Positions 1-8,844 of a stretch of DNA of 32,006 nucleotides are shown piece after piece. The first letter of the stretch is position 1. Every line of letters begins with the position of its first letter. The stretch covers positions 1 to 32,006 of the forward strand of contig JBOHYO010000248.1 of assembly GCA_050737935.1 (NCBI GenBank). The letters are read 5' to 3'. This stretch comes from Rhodanobacteraceae bacterium. Its GTDB lineage: Bacteria > Pseudomonadota > Gammaproteobacteria > Xanthomonadales > Rhodanobacteraceae. Below the pieces are notes generated by a model, which saw only the letters and a program-made list of their open reading frames with translations, searched no databases and was not told where the DNA came from. A program made the translations under genes and the position numbers.

Positions 1-152
1 TTGCGATGCTCGAGCCCGGCTCTGAAGCCCGCCTTCAGCGTGAGCCAGAACCCGATCGCGAGGCCTGCGAGCATGCTGAGGCCCAGTTGCAGCAGGAAGT
101 ACAACGCCACGGTGCCGAGCCCGCTCCACACACTCGGCCGCCTGGGCGGCAT
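1..152 (-). CDS. Partial CDS (N-terminal ~50 codons, continues past the left window edge): hydrophobic integral membrane protein, family not assignable
   Basis: Reverse-strand ATG (complement of cat at ~150-152) followed by MPPRRPSVWSGLGTVALYFLLQLGLSMLAGLAIGFWLTLKAGF..., a positively charged N-terminus then TM-like segments. Same orientation as tamB and downstream of it. Too short to appear in the ORF track. Confidence 0.3.
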   Translation of the reverse strand, partial: MPPRRPSVWSGLGTVALYFLLQLGLSMLAGLAIGFWLTLKAGFRAGLEHR

Positions 153-279
153 GACAGGCCTGTCCCGGTCAGCGGCAGCTATCGGGTTTTCGCTGGGAAT
201 TTCCATCCGGCCTCTGGTCCCCTGTTGAACCGGGTCTGCACTGTAGCAGCCGGGTGCGATGCGGATTCGCGACGGTCGG

Positions 280-3200
280 CTATTTCTCGATCTTGTAGTT
301 GAGGCTCGCGCGGTTGCCGGTGGTGGCGTTCTCGGCCTCGAATTGCAGGAAGCGGTTCAAGGTGTAGCGCAGGGTGATGACCTGCCCGGGCGTGAACAAG
401 CCGACGCCGTAGCTGATGAACAGACGCGGCGAGAGGTATTTGCCCGCGGTGAATGCCGAGCCGCCCAGTACTTCGCTGCTCGCGACGCCGGCTTCGAACC
501 CGAGGCGTGAACCGATGGACTTGGCGAGGCGGTCGCCGGCCAGCCCGCCCAGCGCCTGCGCGGCAGCGTTGAGGGCATCGGTCTCGCCGCCGTTCAACGC
601 GTTCAACGGCCGTCCGGTGACGAGATAGGACAGTGCCTCGGCCTGCTCCATGGGCGGATCGGAGAACACGGTAAGAATCGGATGTTGCGCGGTGCCGCGG
701 ATGGAGAGGCCGACGGTGACGTCCTGGCTGCGCAGTTCGCGCACCGCGCGCACGTCGAGGCCCGGGTTGTCGAGCCGTGTGCCGGCGAACATCAGCCGAC
801 CCCTTTCGATCGTGAGGTTCTGCCCGTAGGCCTGGTAGGTACCCGTGACCTGGACCGCGCCGCGCCCGGTCGCGGTCCTGCCGGGGCGCACGTGCACCGC
901 GAGTTGCCCGTGCACCTTGCCATCGAAGCCGTAGCCTTCCACCTTCACGTCGTCGCCGAGCTTCACCTCGAGGTCCGCGTTCATCGCGAGCGGCGCGGCT
1001 TCCGCCTTGGCCGGTTCGTCGACGATCACGACGTCGGGCGAAGCCTTGGCGGGACCCTGGCCCGGCAGCTTTTGCACCTCGATGCTCGCGCTCGGAATCG
1101 TGATGCTGCCGGTGACCGTGAATACGCCATCGGCACGCGCGATCTCGAGGTCGGGCGACGCGACCACGTGCGCCGCCGGGATGTCGGCAACCAGCACGTT
1201 GTCGCCACGGATTGCGAGCGCAAGCGGCGAGCCGGCGGTGAGTCCGGTTGTGCCATCGACGTGCAGCATGCCCTGGCCCGACGTGATCCGGCCCTGGATG
1301 GTGAGGTGGCCCTCCGGATCGCCGGTGATCGCGAATTCGCCGTCGTGCAGCTTGAGACCCGCGCGCGGCAGCTCGGCGGCGAATCCTTGCGTGCGGATGC
1401 CGCCCCGGAAATTCGGCGCGGCCAGCGTGCCGCCGAGCGTGAGCCTTCCGCTGAGGGTTCCCTGCACGTTGGCGATTTCCGTCGTCAGCACCGACAGGAA
1501 CGAAAGGCTCCGCAGGTTGACATCGACGTTGCCCGCGAGCGCGTGCTCGGCGCCGCTCAGGGTGACGTCGCCGTCGAGGTGTCCGCCGTCGGCCAGCGCG
1601 CCGTGCAGGTGCATGCGCTGGCTCGTGCCGCTGGCATCGAGCGACAGTTCGATCGAGTTCCACGCCATCAGCGGTTGGCCGGGCCTGGACGCGTAGGCGA
1701 TGCTGCCGGCGCCGGCGGTCAGGCTGGCGTGGCCGTTGAGGGTGCCGTCTGCCGCGAGCGTGATTTTTCCGTCGCCATTGATGGTGCCGGAGGCCTGCAT
1801 CGGATCGGCACCGGATGCCAGTGATGCGAACATCTGCAGCGGCAGGTTGCGAAGGTCGTATTCGATCGCGATGGCGCCCTTGGCACTGCGGTTGCCCGAC
1901 AGGCAGAAGTGGGCGCCGCCGGCGGCCAGGCAGAATTGCGAAAGCGTTGCCACGCCGCCCTGCCAGGTGATCGCGGCAGGCTGCTGCTGCCGCCACGCTG
2001 GCAAGCCTTGTGGCGCGAGTTCGACATCGCTGAGCGTGCCGGTCCAGCGCCGCGTTTTCGCCTGCCAGCTTCCCGTCAGCGAGAGCCGTGCGCCGAGTTG
2101 CTTGCCGCTCGCGTCGAGTGAGAGCTGGTGCGAGACGGCGGTGCCGCGGGCGGTGAGCCGCACACTGTCGAATTCCAGCCCGGACGCACGCACGCCCGCC
2201 AGTGCCAGATCGAGGTTGCCGCCGGGCTTGCTGGTGTCCGGGATCGATGTGCTGAGCTGCAGCGAATCCACGCGGGCGCCGGCCTCGTTCAGGCCGCTGC
2301 CGTGCAGGCTTCCCGCGACTGCAAGCTTCGGCCAGATGCCCGCGATCGTGAATTGTCCTTGCAGCCGCCCGGACGCGTCAGGCAGCCAGTCACCCAGCGA
2401 GGCGATGTCGATCGCGACGGTGGCATCGGTGCGCTTGCCCGGCTTTCCGGTCGCGTGGATGCGGCTTTGACCCGCGACCAGCAGCAACGTGCCGTCGAGC
2501 AGGTTGGTCGGCGTGATGCGCAAATCCGCGCGGGTGCCGGCGATACTCCGCCCGCGCAGATTGCCGGCGACCTGGGTCAGCTTGACCGTTCCTTGCGGAC
2601 CGTCGGGCGTCAGTTCGCCTGCCGTTGCCAGCGTGAAATCCAGCGCGCCGTTCCAGCCGGCGATGATCGCGCCGGGATCAAAGCGTTTGGCGGTTGCGTC
2701 GAGCTTCCAGGATGTGCGCGGCTTGAGCCCGATCGTTCCGTGAGCGTCGAGCCCGCCGTTCTTCTGCACCAGCTTCAGCGCGTGCAGGTCGATCGATCGC
2801 GGCGTTCCCGCCAAATCGACTTCGAGGTTGGAGAGGCGTCCCTGCGGTCCGACCGCCAGCGCACCCTGCACCGCGAATCGCTCCGTATTGCCGTCCACGT
2901 GGAGCTTGCCGTGGGTATCCAGCGGTTGCCCGACGAGGTCCGCGGGCAGCTTGACGTCTTGCCAGGCGACATCGAGCGAGGCCGCGATCGGTGTCGCGTC
3001 GAGGTGCACCGCGCCGGTCGCCGTAGCCGTACCCGGCATCGCCGGCGAACGCAGCCGCAGCGGATCGAGGGAGAGCGTCTTGCCGTCGTATGCGAATTGC
3101 GCGGGATCGATCAGGATGGTGTGGCCGTTGGCGACCAGCTTGCCCTCGAGCTTGCCGCCGCGCGTGTCGCCGCGGCCGTGCAGGCCCAGCGCCAGCGTCT

Positions 3201-4023
3201 TCACCGAGGCGGGCAGGGCGGACAGGTCGCGCGCATCGAACTGCGGTACGTCCAGGGACATCGTCCATGCGTGCCCCGCGGCGAGGGCGATGCCGGCATC
3301 GAGACTTATCGGCACGGGTGAGGAAAGCTGCGCGTGAAGCTGCGCCTGCTTGCCATCCGATCGCGAGGTGATCACGCCGGCGTAGTGCGTGCCGCCTTCA
3401 GTCCAGTCGATGGTGGCGCGGCCGCTGCCGCGGTAGCCGCGTGCCAGCGAAAGGGTTCCCTCGAGCGCGACGTGCCCGTTGGGCGCACGCAGGTCGAGGG
3501 TGTCCAGTTTCAGTTGATCGGCGCTCCACAATCCGGCGACGGCGAGGCTGTCGGCGGCAAACACCGGTCGGCCTGCGCGGCGTACCTCGATATCGGTGAC
3601 CCGCGTGTCGTCCAGCACGATCGTGAGCGGCGGCTTGAGTGATTCGAGCGAGAAGCCGCCCGGTTGCTGCGATGGTTTGGCCGGCGCCATGTCGAACACC
3701 ACGCCGTCGATGCGGGCCTCGCGGACGTGGATTTTGCGGCCGAGCAGCGACCAGGGTTGCAGGTCCACCACGGCGTGCCGGATGCGCAGCGTGTCGCCGG
3801 CGGCGTCGCGCCAGTTCAAGTCGTCGATGGTGGTTTCGCCGGCGAGCGTGCCGCTCGCGCTCGCGTAGGCGAGCCGGCCGTGCATCATCCCGACGCCGCG
3901 GTCGAGCGCGAAGCGCAGTCCGGACGGCGTGTACAGCACCCACGCCAGCGCCGCGAACAACGCGACGATGAGCACCAGTATCGCGATGCCGGTCCCCAGC
4001 AGCCATTTGCGCCTGCGCGTCAT
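280..4023 (-). CDS. tamB: Translocation and assembly module protein TamB (DUF490/AsmA-like inner-membrane-anchored periplasmic protein)
   Basis: Track ORF 280..5499(-) trimmed to the in-frame ATG at 4023 (residue 493), which overlaps the tamA stop (TGATG). It has an N-terminal signal anchor MTRRRKWLLGTGIAILVLIVALFAALAW and a ~1247-aa beta-rich repetitive body. The TamB-type C-terminus reads ...LRYTLNRFLQFEAENATTGNRASLNYKIEK. Confidence 0.9.
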   Translation of the reverse strand: MTRRRKWLLGTGIAILVLIVALFAALAWVLYTPSGLRFALDRGVGMMHGRLAYASASGTLAGETTIDDLNWRDAAGDTLRIRHAVVDLQPWSLLGRKIHVREARIDGVVFDMAPAKPSQQPGGFSLESLKPPLTIVLDDTRVTDIEVRRAGRPVFAADSLAVAGLWSADQLKLDTLDLRAPNGHVALEGTLSLARGYRGSGRATIDWTEGGTHYAGVITSRSDGKQAQLHAQLSSPVPISLDAGIALAAGHAWTMSLDVPQFDARDLSALPASVKTLALGLHGRGDTRGGKLEGKLVANGHTILIDPAQFAYDGKTLSLDPLRLRSPAMPGTATATGAVHLDATPIAASLDVAWQDVKLPADLVGQPLDTHGKLHVDGNTERFAVQGALAVGPQGRLSNLEVDLAGTPRSIDLHALKLVQKNGGLDAHGTIGLKPRTSWKLDATAKRFDPGAIIAGWNGALDFTLATAGELTPDGPQGTVKLTQVAGNLRGRSIAGTRADLRITPTNLLDGTLLLVAGQSRIHATGKPGKRTDATVAIDIASLGDWLPDASGRLQGQFTIAGIWPKLAVAGSLHGSGLNEAGARVDSLQLSTSIPDTSKPGGNLDLALAGVRASGLEFDSVRLTARGTAVSHQLSLDASGKQLGARLSLTGSWQAKTRRWTGTLSDVELAPQGLPAWRQQQPAAITWQGGVATLSQFCLAAGGAHFCLSGNRSAKGAIAIEYDLRNLPLQMFASLASGADPMQASGTINGDGKITLAADGTLNGHASLTAGAGSIAYASRPGQPLMAWNSIELSLDASGTSQRMHLHGALADGGHLDGDVTLSGAEHALAGNVDVNLRSLSFLSVLTTEIANVQGTLSGRLTLGGTLAAPNFRGGIRTQGFAAELPRAGLKLHDGEFAITGDPEGHLTIQGRITSGQGMLHVDGTTGLTAGSPLALAIRGDNVLVADIPAAHVVASPDLEIARADGVFTVTGSITIPSASIEVQKLPGQGPAKASPDVVIVDEPAKAEAAPLAMNADLEVKLGDDVKVEGYGFDGKVHGQLAVHVRPGRTATGRGAVQVTGTYQAYGQNLTIERGRLMFAGTRLDNPGLDVRAVRELRSQDVTVGLSIRGTAQHPILTVFSDPPMEQAEALSYLVTGRPLNALNGGETDALNAAAQALGGLAGDRLAKSIGSRLGFEAGVASSEVLGGSAFTAGKYLSPRLFISYGVGLFTPGQVITLRYTLNRFLQFEAENATTGNRASLNYKIEK

Positions 4024-5804
4024 CAGAGGTCCGGTCCGATCACGATGTGCAACTGCACGCCGTGGTGATGGGGATTGTTCACCGGCACGCCGAGATCGAC
4101 CCGCACCATCCCCACCGGCGAACGCCAGCGCAGGCCGAGGCCGGCCCCGGTGCGCGCGTGGAAGTCGGTGCCGTTGAAGGCATCGCCGGAATCGACGAAC
4201 GCGGCGATGCCCCAGTCGCGGGTGAAGTAGTGTTCGATGGTGGCGCTGCCGACCAGCAGGCGTTCGCCGCCGACCACGAGGCCGTAGCTGTTGCGCGGGC
4301 CGATCGCCTGGTAGCCGTAGCCGCGGATGGAGCGGTCGCCGCCTGCGAAGAAGCGCAGCTGCGGCGGCAGCTTGCTGAAATCCTGGACACTGGTGATGCC
4401 GGCGTTGCCGCGCAGGATCAGGCGGTTGTCGCGGCCGAGGGCATGGATCCATATGACGTCGGCGAGCACCTGTGCGAAACGGGTGTCGATGCCGGGCGCG
4501 GCGCGCGCGATCAGGTTGACCGAGTAGCCGTGGCGCACGAACAGCGGGTTGTCGGCGACTTTCTTGGTCAGGCCGATCTCCGGATATATCAGGGTGCTTT
4601 GGCCGCGTTCGATGCCGGGAATGCCGACATTCCGCTTGCCGCGGTTGCCGACCGTGAAGGTGCCGGTCAGGGCGTGCAGGCCGAGCGTGCGCACGAAGCC
4701 GTGCCAGTCGCGGGTGGCGTTGGCGGCGATCGAGAAGGTGCGCGATTTGGATGTCGTGGTGTTTTCGTCGCGGTAGCCGATGCCGAGGTTGAAGCTCGCA
4801 TGGTCGCGGCCGGGGCGCGGGATGCCGTAGATCACCTGCGCGGTCTTCAGGCGCTGCGCGGCCACTGCCTGGGTGTCCAGGGTGTGGCCGCTGCGGTTGA
4901 TCCAGCGCCGGCGGATGCCCGCACGAACACCGGGCCCGGTGTCGGTGCCGACGAAGATGCCCGCGGTATACACCATGCGCTTCGCAGGCGAGACTTCGAC
5001 CTGCACTGGAACCACGTGGCCCTCGGCCTTGTCGACCTCCGGCTGGACGTTGACGATGGAAAAGTAGTCGGCGTCGGCCAGCGCCTGTTGCAGGGAAAGC
5101 AGGCTCGCCTGCGAATACCAGTCGCCGGGCTGCCACGGCACGTAGCGCTCCAGGAACCCCGGCTTGAATTGCGAGCCCTTGAATGTCACCTCGCCCAGCT
5201 TGTAGCGCTCTCCGACCTTGTAGTGCAGGTGGATCGCGGCGCTGTTGGTGGCGCGGGTCACCTCGACGCGGTGCACCGGGATTTCGGTGTCGAGCCAGCC
5301 GTGTTCCAGCAAGGCCGTGCCGATCGCGCCCTTGGACGATTCGTAGAGTGCGTCGTTCATCTGTTCGCCGACGCGTGGATGAAACGAATGCGCGGCCTTG
5401 CGGACGGGCGGCAGCCGCAGCGCGACGTCGGGCACCTCGAGGTCGAGCATGGCAACCTTGGTCGCAGGACCCGGCGTCACCTGCAGGTGCAGCGTCCATG
5501 CATCACCCTGGCGCGTCAGGTTCGCATCGGCCGTCGCGTTGTAGTAGCCGTAGGGCTGCAACGCGGTGGTTGCTTCGCCGGTTGCGTCATCGCCCAGTGC
5601 ACGGGCCTGGGTCTCGGTCACGTCCTTGCGACCGGCATACTGGGTTGCGGAGATGTGCGCCCGGACCGCCGCGGCGAGTTGCTTGTCGATGCCACCGATC
5701 GTGACCTTCAGGGTGTCGGCATGCGCGAGCGGCGCGATGACGAGCGCCGCGATCGCGAAGAGCGCGCAGCCGATGCGGGCACGGACCGGATTCATGCGCC
5801 GCAT
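4023..5804 (-). CDS. tamA: Outer membrane protein assembly factor TamA (Omp85/BamA-family, POTRA + beta-barrel)
   Basis: 593-aa ORF with a signal peptide (...ALVIAPLAHA/DT) and an N-terminal POTRA-like region, followed by a surface-antigen-type barrel (GGDRSIRGYGYQAIGP, GAGLGLRWRSPVGMVRVDLG). It sits immediately upstream of tamB and is translationally overlapped with it. The start could be ATG 5804 or ATG 5795. Confidence 0.9.
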   Translation of the reverse strand: MRRMNPVRARIGCALFAIAALVIAPLAHADTLKVTIGGIDKQLAAAVRAHISATQYAGRKDVTETQARALGDDATGEATTALQPYGYYNATADANLTRQGDAWTLHLQVTPGPATKVAMLDLEVPDVALRLPPVRKAAHSFHPRVGEQMNDALYESSKGAIGTALLEHGWLDTEIPVHRVEVTRATNSAAIHLHYKVGERYKLGEVTFKGSQFKPGFLERYVPWQPGDWYSQASLLSLQQALADADYFSIVNVQPEVDKAEGHVVPVQVEVSPAKRMVYTAGIFVGTDTGPGVRAGIRRRWINRSGHTLDTQAVAAQRLKTAQVIYGIPRPGRDHASFNLGIGYRDENTTTSKSRTFSIAANATRDWHGFVRTLGLHALTGTFTVGNRGKRNVGIPGIERGQSTLIYPEIGLTKKVADNPLFVRHGYSVNLIARAAPGIDTRFAQVLADVIWIHALGRDNRLILRGNAGITSVQDFSKLPPQLRFFAGGDRSIRGYGYQAIGPRNSYGLVVGGERLLVGSATIEHYFTRDWGIAAFVDSGDAFNGTDFHARTGAGLGLRWRSPVGMVRVDLGVPVNNPHHHGVQLHIVIGPDL

Positions 5805-5895
5805 CGAGCGCCCTTCGACGACCGTGTCGTGAATCTGCCGTTTGCGCGCAAATTAGCCCGGCGAGTGCATGAACGCTGCGTGCGCAAGGACTGCA

Positions 5896-8568
5896 TCAAC
5901 CGGCCGCGGTGCGGGCTTCGATGGCCTCGGGATCGTCCACCCGCGTCGTCCGCGAAGATTCCGCTTGCTGCTGCGGCAGCTCGGCGGGATGTTCACGCGA
6001 GTAATGCGCGACCAGCGCGCCGACCAACGCGGACAGGTAGGGGATGGCCTGGGCGCCCAGGATCACCATCCACAATTCGCCTTCGATGTAGTGGGAGCCG
6101 AAATTGATCGCCATGCCGACGATCGCGAGGATCAGCGCCACCGACATCAGGAGTTCTTCGCGCACGGGACCCAATGCGCCTGCGGCGCCGCCACCCAGGC
6201 GACGGCTCTTGGCGGTTCGCACGAAGGCGGTCTTTTGCTTGATCAGGCCCATCCATATGCCACGCGCGATCGCGTGCGACAGTCCCATGCTCGCGATCGA
6301 CGCCATCAGCGTATCACGCCAACTGCATGGCACCCGCGCGCGGTACAGCACGATCCCGAACACCGCCTTGATGACGAAGAAGCCCATCACCGGGATCAGG
6401 AACAGTTGCATCGGCAGACTGAAGATCGTGGGCGCCAGCAGCATGCCGGCGGTCCAGCCGAGCGCCATCAGCGTGAATACCATGTGCAAGGCGTCCGCGA
6501 ACCACGAGAACCAGCCGGTCAGGAAGTGGAAGCGCTGCCCGGCGGTGAGCGGGCCCTTGTGCACCAGCCAGTTCCAGCGGCCCTTCATGATCTGCATGGC
6601 GCCGAACGCCCAGCGATAACGCTGGCTCTTATAGGCGCGGAAGTCGGCCGGGGTGAGGCCCTTGCCCATCGGCTCGTCGACGTAGACGGTGTCGTAGCCG
6701 GCGTGCATCAATCGCAAACCCAGTTCGGCGTCTTCACAGATCGTCCATTCGGACCAACCGCCGGTGCCTTCCAGCGCCACCCGCCGCACCATCGTCATGG
6801 TGCCATGCTGGATGATCGCGTTGCGCTCGTTGCGGTGGTGCATCCCGATCCGGAAAAAGCCGTCGAACTCCCAGTTCGTCATGCGCCGGAAGGCATTGGT
6901 TTCGAATTCGCGGTGCGCCTGCGGGCACTGGACCACCGCGACGTTGCGGTCGTGGAAGTAGCCAGTCAGCGCTGCCAGCCAGTCCTTGCGCACCACGTAG
7001 TCGGCGTCGATCACCGCGATGATGTCGGCGCGCGGATCGGTCTGCTTGAGGCCGTAGTTGAGCGCCCCGGCCTTGAAGCCGGGCCAGGGATCCAGGTGGA
7101 AGAAGCGGAAGCGCTCGCCGAGCTTCGCGCAGTGGTCTTCCAGCGGCTTCCAGACTTCCTCGTCCTTCGTATTGTTGTCGATCACCAGCACCTCGAAGTT
7201 CTGGTACTCGAGTTCCGCCAGCGAATCGAGCGTGGCGACCACCATGTCCGGCGGTTCGTTGTAGCAGGCGAGGTGGATCGAGACGAACGGTTGATCTTCC
7301 GGCGGATCGGGCGTCAGCAAACCGAAATGCCTGATCCATTTCCGGCGCCACAGCACCTCGACGAACTCGAAGCCGTTGATCAGCAGCACCGCGAGGATCG
7401 CCAACTGCGCCGGGAACAGGATGATCAACATGCCCCAGTCGACCACATCGAGGTAGAACTGGAAGGGCACGGTTACCGACCACACGATCAGCGCTGCCGC
7501 GAGCTGGATCAGCGCGAGGTACACGAACCGTCCGGCCAGCTTGAAGCGCGCGAACCGCCACGCGAACCAGATCATCGGCAGCAGCGCGAGCAGCCCGGAT
7601 GCCAATGCCTTCCATGGCCAGGTCGCATCCTCCAGCACCGGGCCGGCCAGCGGAAACTTCAGTTGTCGATCGGCGTTGAACACGCCCCAGTACGCGCCGG
7701 TGCGGCCTTCGCCCAGGCCTTCCTTCCAGGGCTGGTCGATGGCCTCCATGATGTAGTAGTCGATATGCCGCGCGCGCGCCACGTTGAACCACTCGCGCAG
7801 GAAGATCGCCTGGTTGGCGGTCGAGGGCTTGGCGTATTCGAAGCGGTCGCCATTGGATGGCCAGCCGACCTCGCCGATCACGATGTGCTTGTCGGGAAAC
7901 AGTTGCTGCAGGTGCTGGTAGCGCAGCAGCACGTCGCCGACCGCATCCTTGCGCGGCACGCCCTCCCAGTAGGGCAGCAGGTGCACGGTGATGAAGTCGA
8001 CGTGCTGCGCGAGTTCCGGATACTTCTCCCAGATGTGCCAGGGTTCGGCGGTCGAAACCGGCTGGTCGACGGCGGCGCGCACGCGGTCGATGTAGCCCAT
8101 CAGCTTCTCCGGCGTCATGTCGGTGCGCAGCAGCACCTCGTTGCCGACTTCGACGCGCTTGATGTCAGGCCAGCGGCGCGCCTGTGCGATCAACGCCTCG
8201 ATCTCCCGGTGGTTGTTGTCGTCGCGCCGGTCGAGCCACGCTCCGGCCATCAGGTCAAGGTGGTGGTTCATCGCGAGGCGCGGGATCTCGGGGTATTGCA
8301 GGACCGAGTACACACGGACGCGATGGGTGTGCCTGGCCATCAGCGCGAGGTCCGCGTTGACTTCCTTGTCGGTCGGGAAATTGCCGGCGAGGGGGCTCTG
8401 GTAGCGCTGGAACGGGCTGTAGGCGAAGCCGGCCGCATGGCCATTCCACGGCACCACGTTGGTGGGGCGGTCGGCGACCGCCCACAGCGCGAAGTTCAGC
8501 GCGGCAATGAGCAACGCCAGCAGCAACGCGGCGACCAGCGCGCCGGCACGCCGAGGGCGCGCGTCCAT
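5896..8568 (-). CDS. Bifunctional GH17 glycoside hydrolase / family-2 processive glycosyltransferase (NdvB-like beta-1,3-glucan synthase), polytopic membrane protein
   Basis: Track ORF 5896..8979(-) trimmed to ATG at 8568 (residue 138, MDARPRRAGALVAALLLALLIAAL = TM anchor). The N-terminal domain carries GH17 hallmarks VGNEVL and IGEVGWPS. The central and C-terminal TM segments flank a GT2 core (VLVIDNNT, IDADYV, QRYRWA = Q-x-x-R-W processive motif). About 890 aa. Confidence 0.85.
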   Translation of the reverse strand: MDARPRRAGALVAALLLALLIAALNFALWAVADRPTNVVPWNGHAAGFAYSPFQRYQSPLAGNFPTDKEVNADLALMARHTHRVRVYSVLQYPEIPRLAMNHHLDLMAGAWLDRRDDNNHREIEALIAQARRWPDIKRVEVGNEVLLRTDMTPEKLMGYIDRVRAAVDQPVSTAEPWHIWEKYPELAQHVDFITVHLLPYWEGVPRKDAVGDVLLRYQHLQQLFPDKHIVIGEVGWPSNGDRFEYAKPSTANQAIFLREWFNVARARHIDYYIMEAIDQPWKEGLGEGRTGAYWGVFNADRQLKFPLAGPVLEDATWPWKALASGLLALLPMIWFAWRFARFKLAGRFVYLALIQLAAALIVWSVTVPFQFYLDVVDWGMLIILFPAQLAILAVLLINGFEFVEVLWRRKWIRHFGLLTPDPPEDQPFVSIHLACYNEPPDMVVATLDSLAELEYQNFEVLVIDNNTKDEEVWKPLEDHCAKLGERFRFFHLDPWPGFKAGALNYGLKQTDPRADIIAVIDADYVVRKDWLAALTGYFHDRNVAVVQCPQAHREFETNAFRRMTNWEFDGFFRIGMHHRNERNAIIQHGTMTMVRRVALEGTGGWSEWTICEDAELGLRLMHAGYDTVYVDEPMGKGLTPADFRAYKSQRYRWAFGAMQIMKGRWNWLVHKGPLTAGQRFHFLTGWFSWFADALHMVFTLMALGWTAGMLLAPTIFSLPMQLFLIPVMGFFVIKAVFGIVLYRARVPCSWRDTLMASIASMGLSHAIARGIWMGLIKQKTAFVRTAKSRRLGGGAAGALGPVREELLMSVALILAIVGMAINFGSHYIEGELWMVILGAQAIPYLSALVGALVAHYSREHPAELPQQQAESSRTTRVDDPEAIEARTAAG

Positions 8569-8704
8569 GGCGGCCGTTTGGTTCAAGGATTCTCCCGGTC
8601 CGATCGCAGGATGGCGAACGCTGAAGATTAAGGGCGAACGCCTGAAGGTTTTGCAAACCAGGCGCAATCGTGCGCCACCGGGAGCGGCGCGACATGGCCG
8701 CAAA

Positions 8705-8817
8705 GCCGGGGTCAGAGTGCACTTTCCCCGCGCACGCAAGCCGGGGTCAGAGTGCATTTTCCGGCCGACGTGCCGAGGGCCGCGAGATCCACGCCCGGAA
8801 AATGCACTCTGACCCCG
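8705..8817. repeat. REP-like palindromic element cluster: three copies of a ~20-22-nt motif GGGGTCAGAGTGCA(C/T)TTTCC (two direct, one inverted)
   Basis: Copies lie at 8708-8727 (+), 8743-8764 (+) and 8795-8816 (inverted). Copies 2 and 3 form a perfect 22-bp inverted repeat with a 30-nt spacer. A related element occurs at 27412-27486. Confidence 0.75.
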
Positions 8818-8837
8818 CTCTTTCGGACCGCTACAAT
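8809..8837 (+). promoter_or_regulatory. Candidate sigma70-type promoter of hutG (-35 CTGACC, 17-nt spacer, -10 TACAAT)
   Basis: TACAAT at 8832-8837 ends only 7 nt before the hutG ATG (8845), which would give a leaderless or near-leaderless mRNA. The -35 lies inside the REP arm. Sequence match only. Confidence 0.3.
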
Positions 8838-8844
8838 CCAGTGG

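Noticed and set aside
179-1996. 605-aa ORF on the minus strand, and similar long ORFs (682..1824 +, 2128..3321 +, 4047..6107 +, 5869..8631 +, 6734..7792 -, 9276..10535 +, 21323..22204 -, 22750..24099 -, 24995..26437 -, and others)
   Set aside because: Their composition is extremely Arg/Ala/Gly/Pro/His-rich. They lie antisense to, or out of frame with, ORFs that have clear family motifs (TamB, TamA, glucan synthase, SufB/C/D/S). This is the typical stop-codon-poor alternative frame of high-GC DNA.
4024-5499. N-terminal 492 residues of the 1739-aa track ORF 280..5499, which would make a giant TamB
   Set aside because: This part is an Arg-rich out-of-frame overlap with tamA. A canonical TamB signal anchor begins at the internal ATG 4023, which overlaps the tamA stop. 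The same logic applies to the over-extended 5' ends of ORFs 5896..8979, 17405..19618, 27503..28996, 15489..16475, 13143..13925 and 29725..30864.
5841-5852. Perfect 12-nt palindrome TTTGCGCGCAAA about 40 nt upstream of tamA
   Set aside because: It is a short GC-core palindrome with no flanking promoter hexamers that I could align and no second copy in the window. That is insufficient to call a regulatory site.
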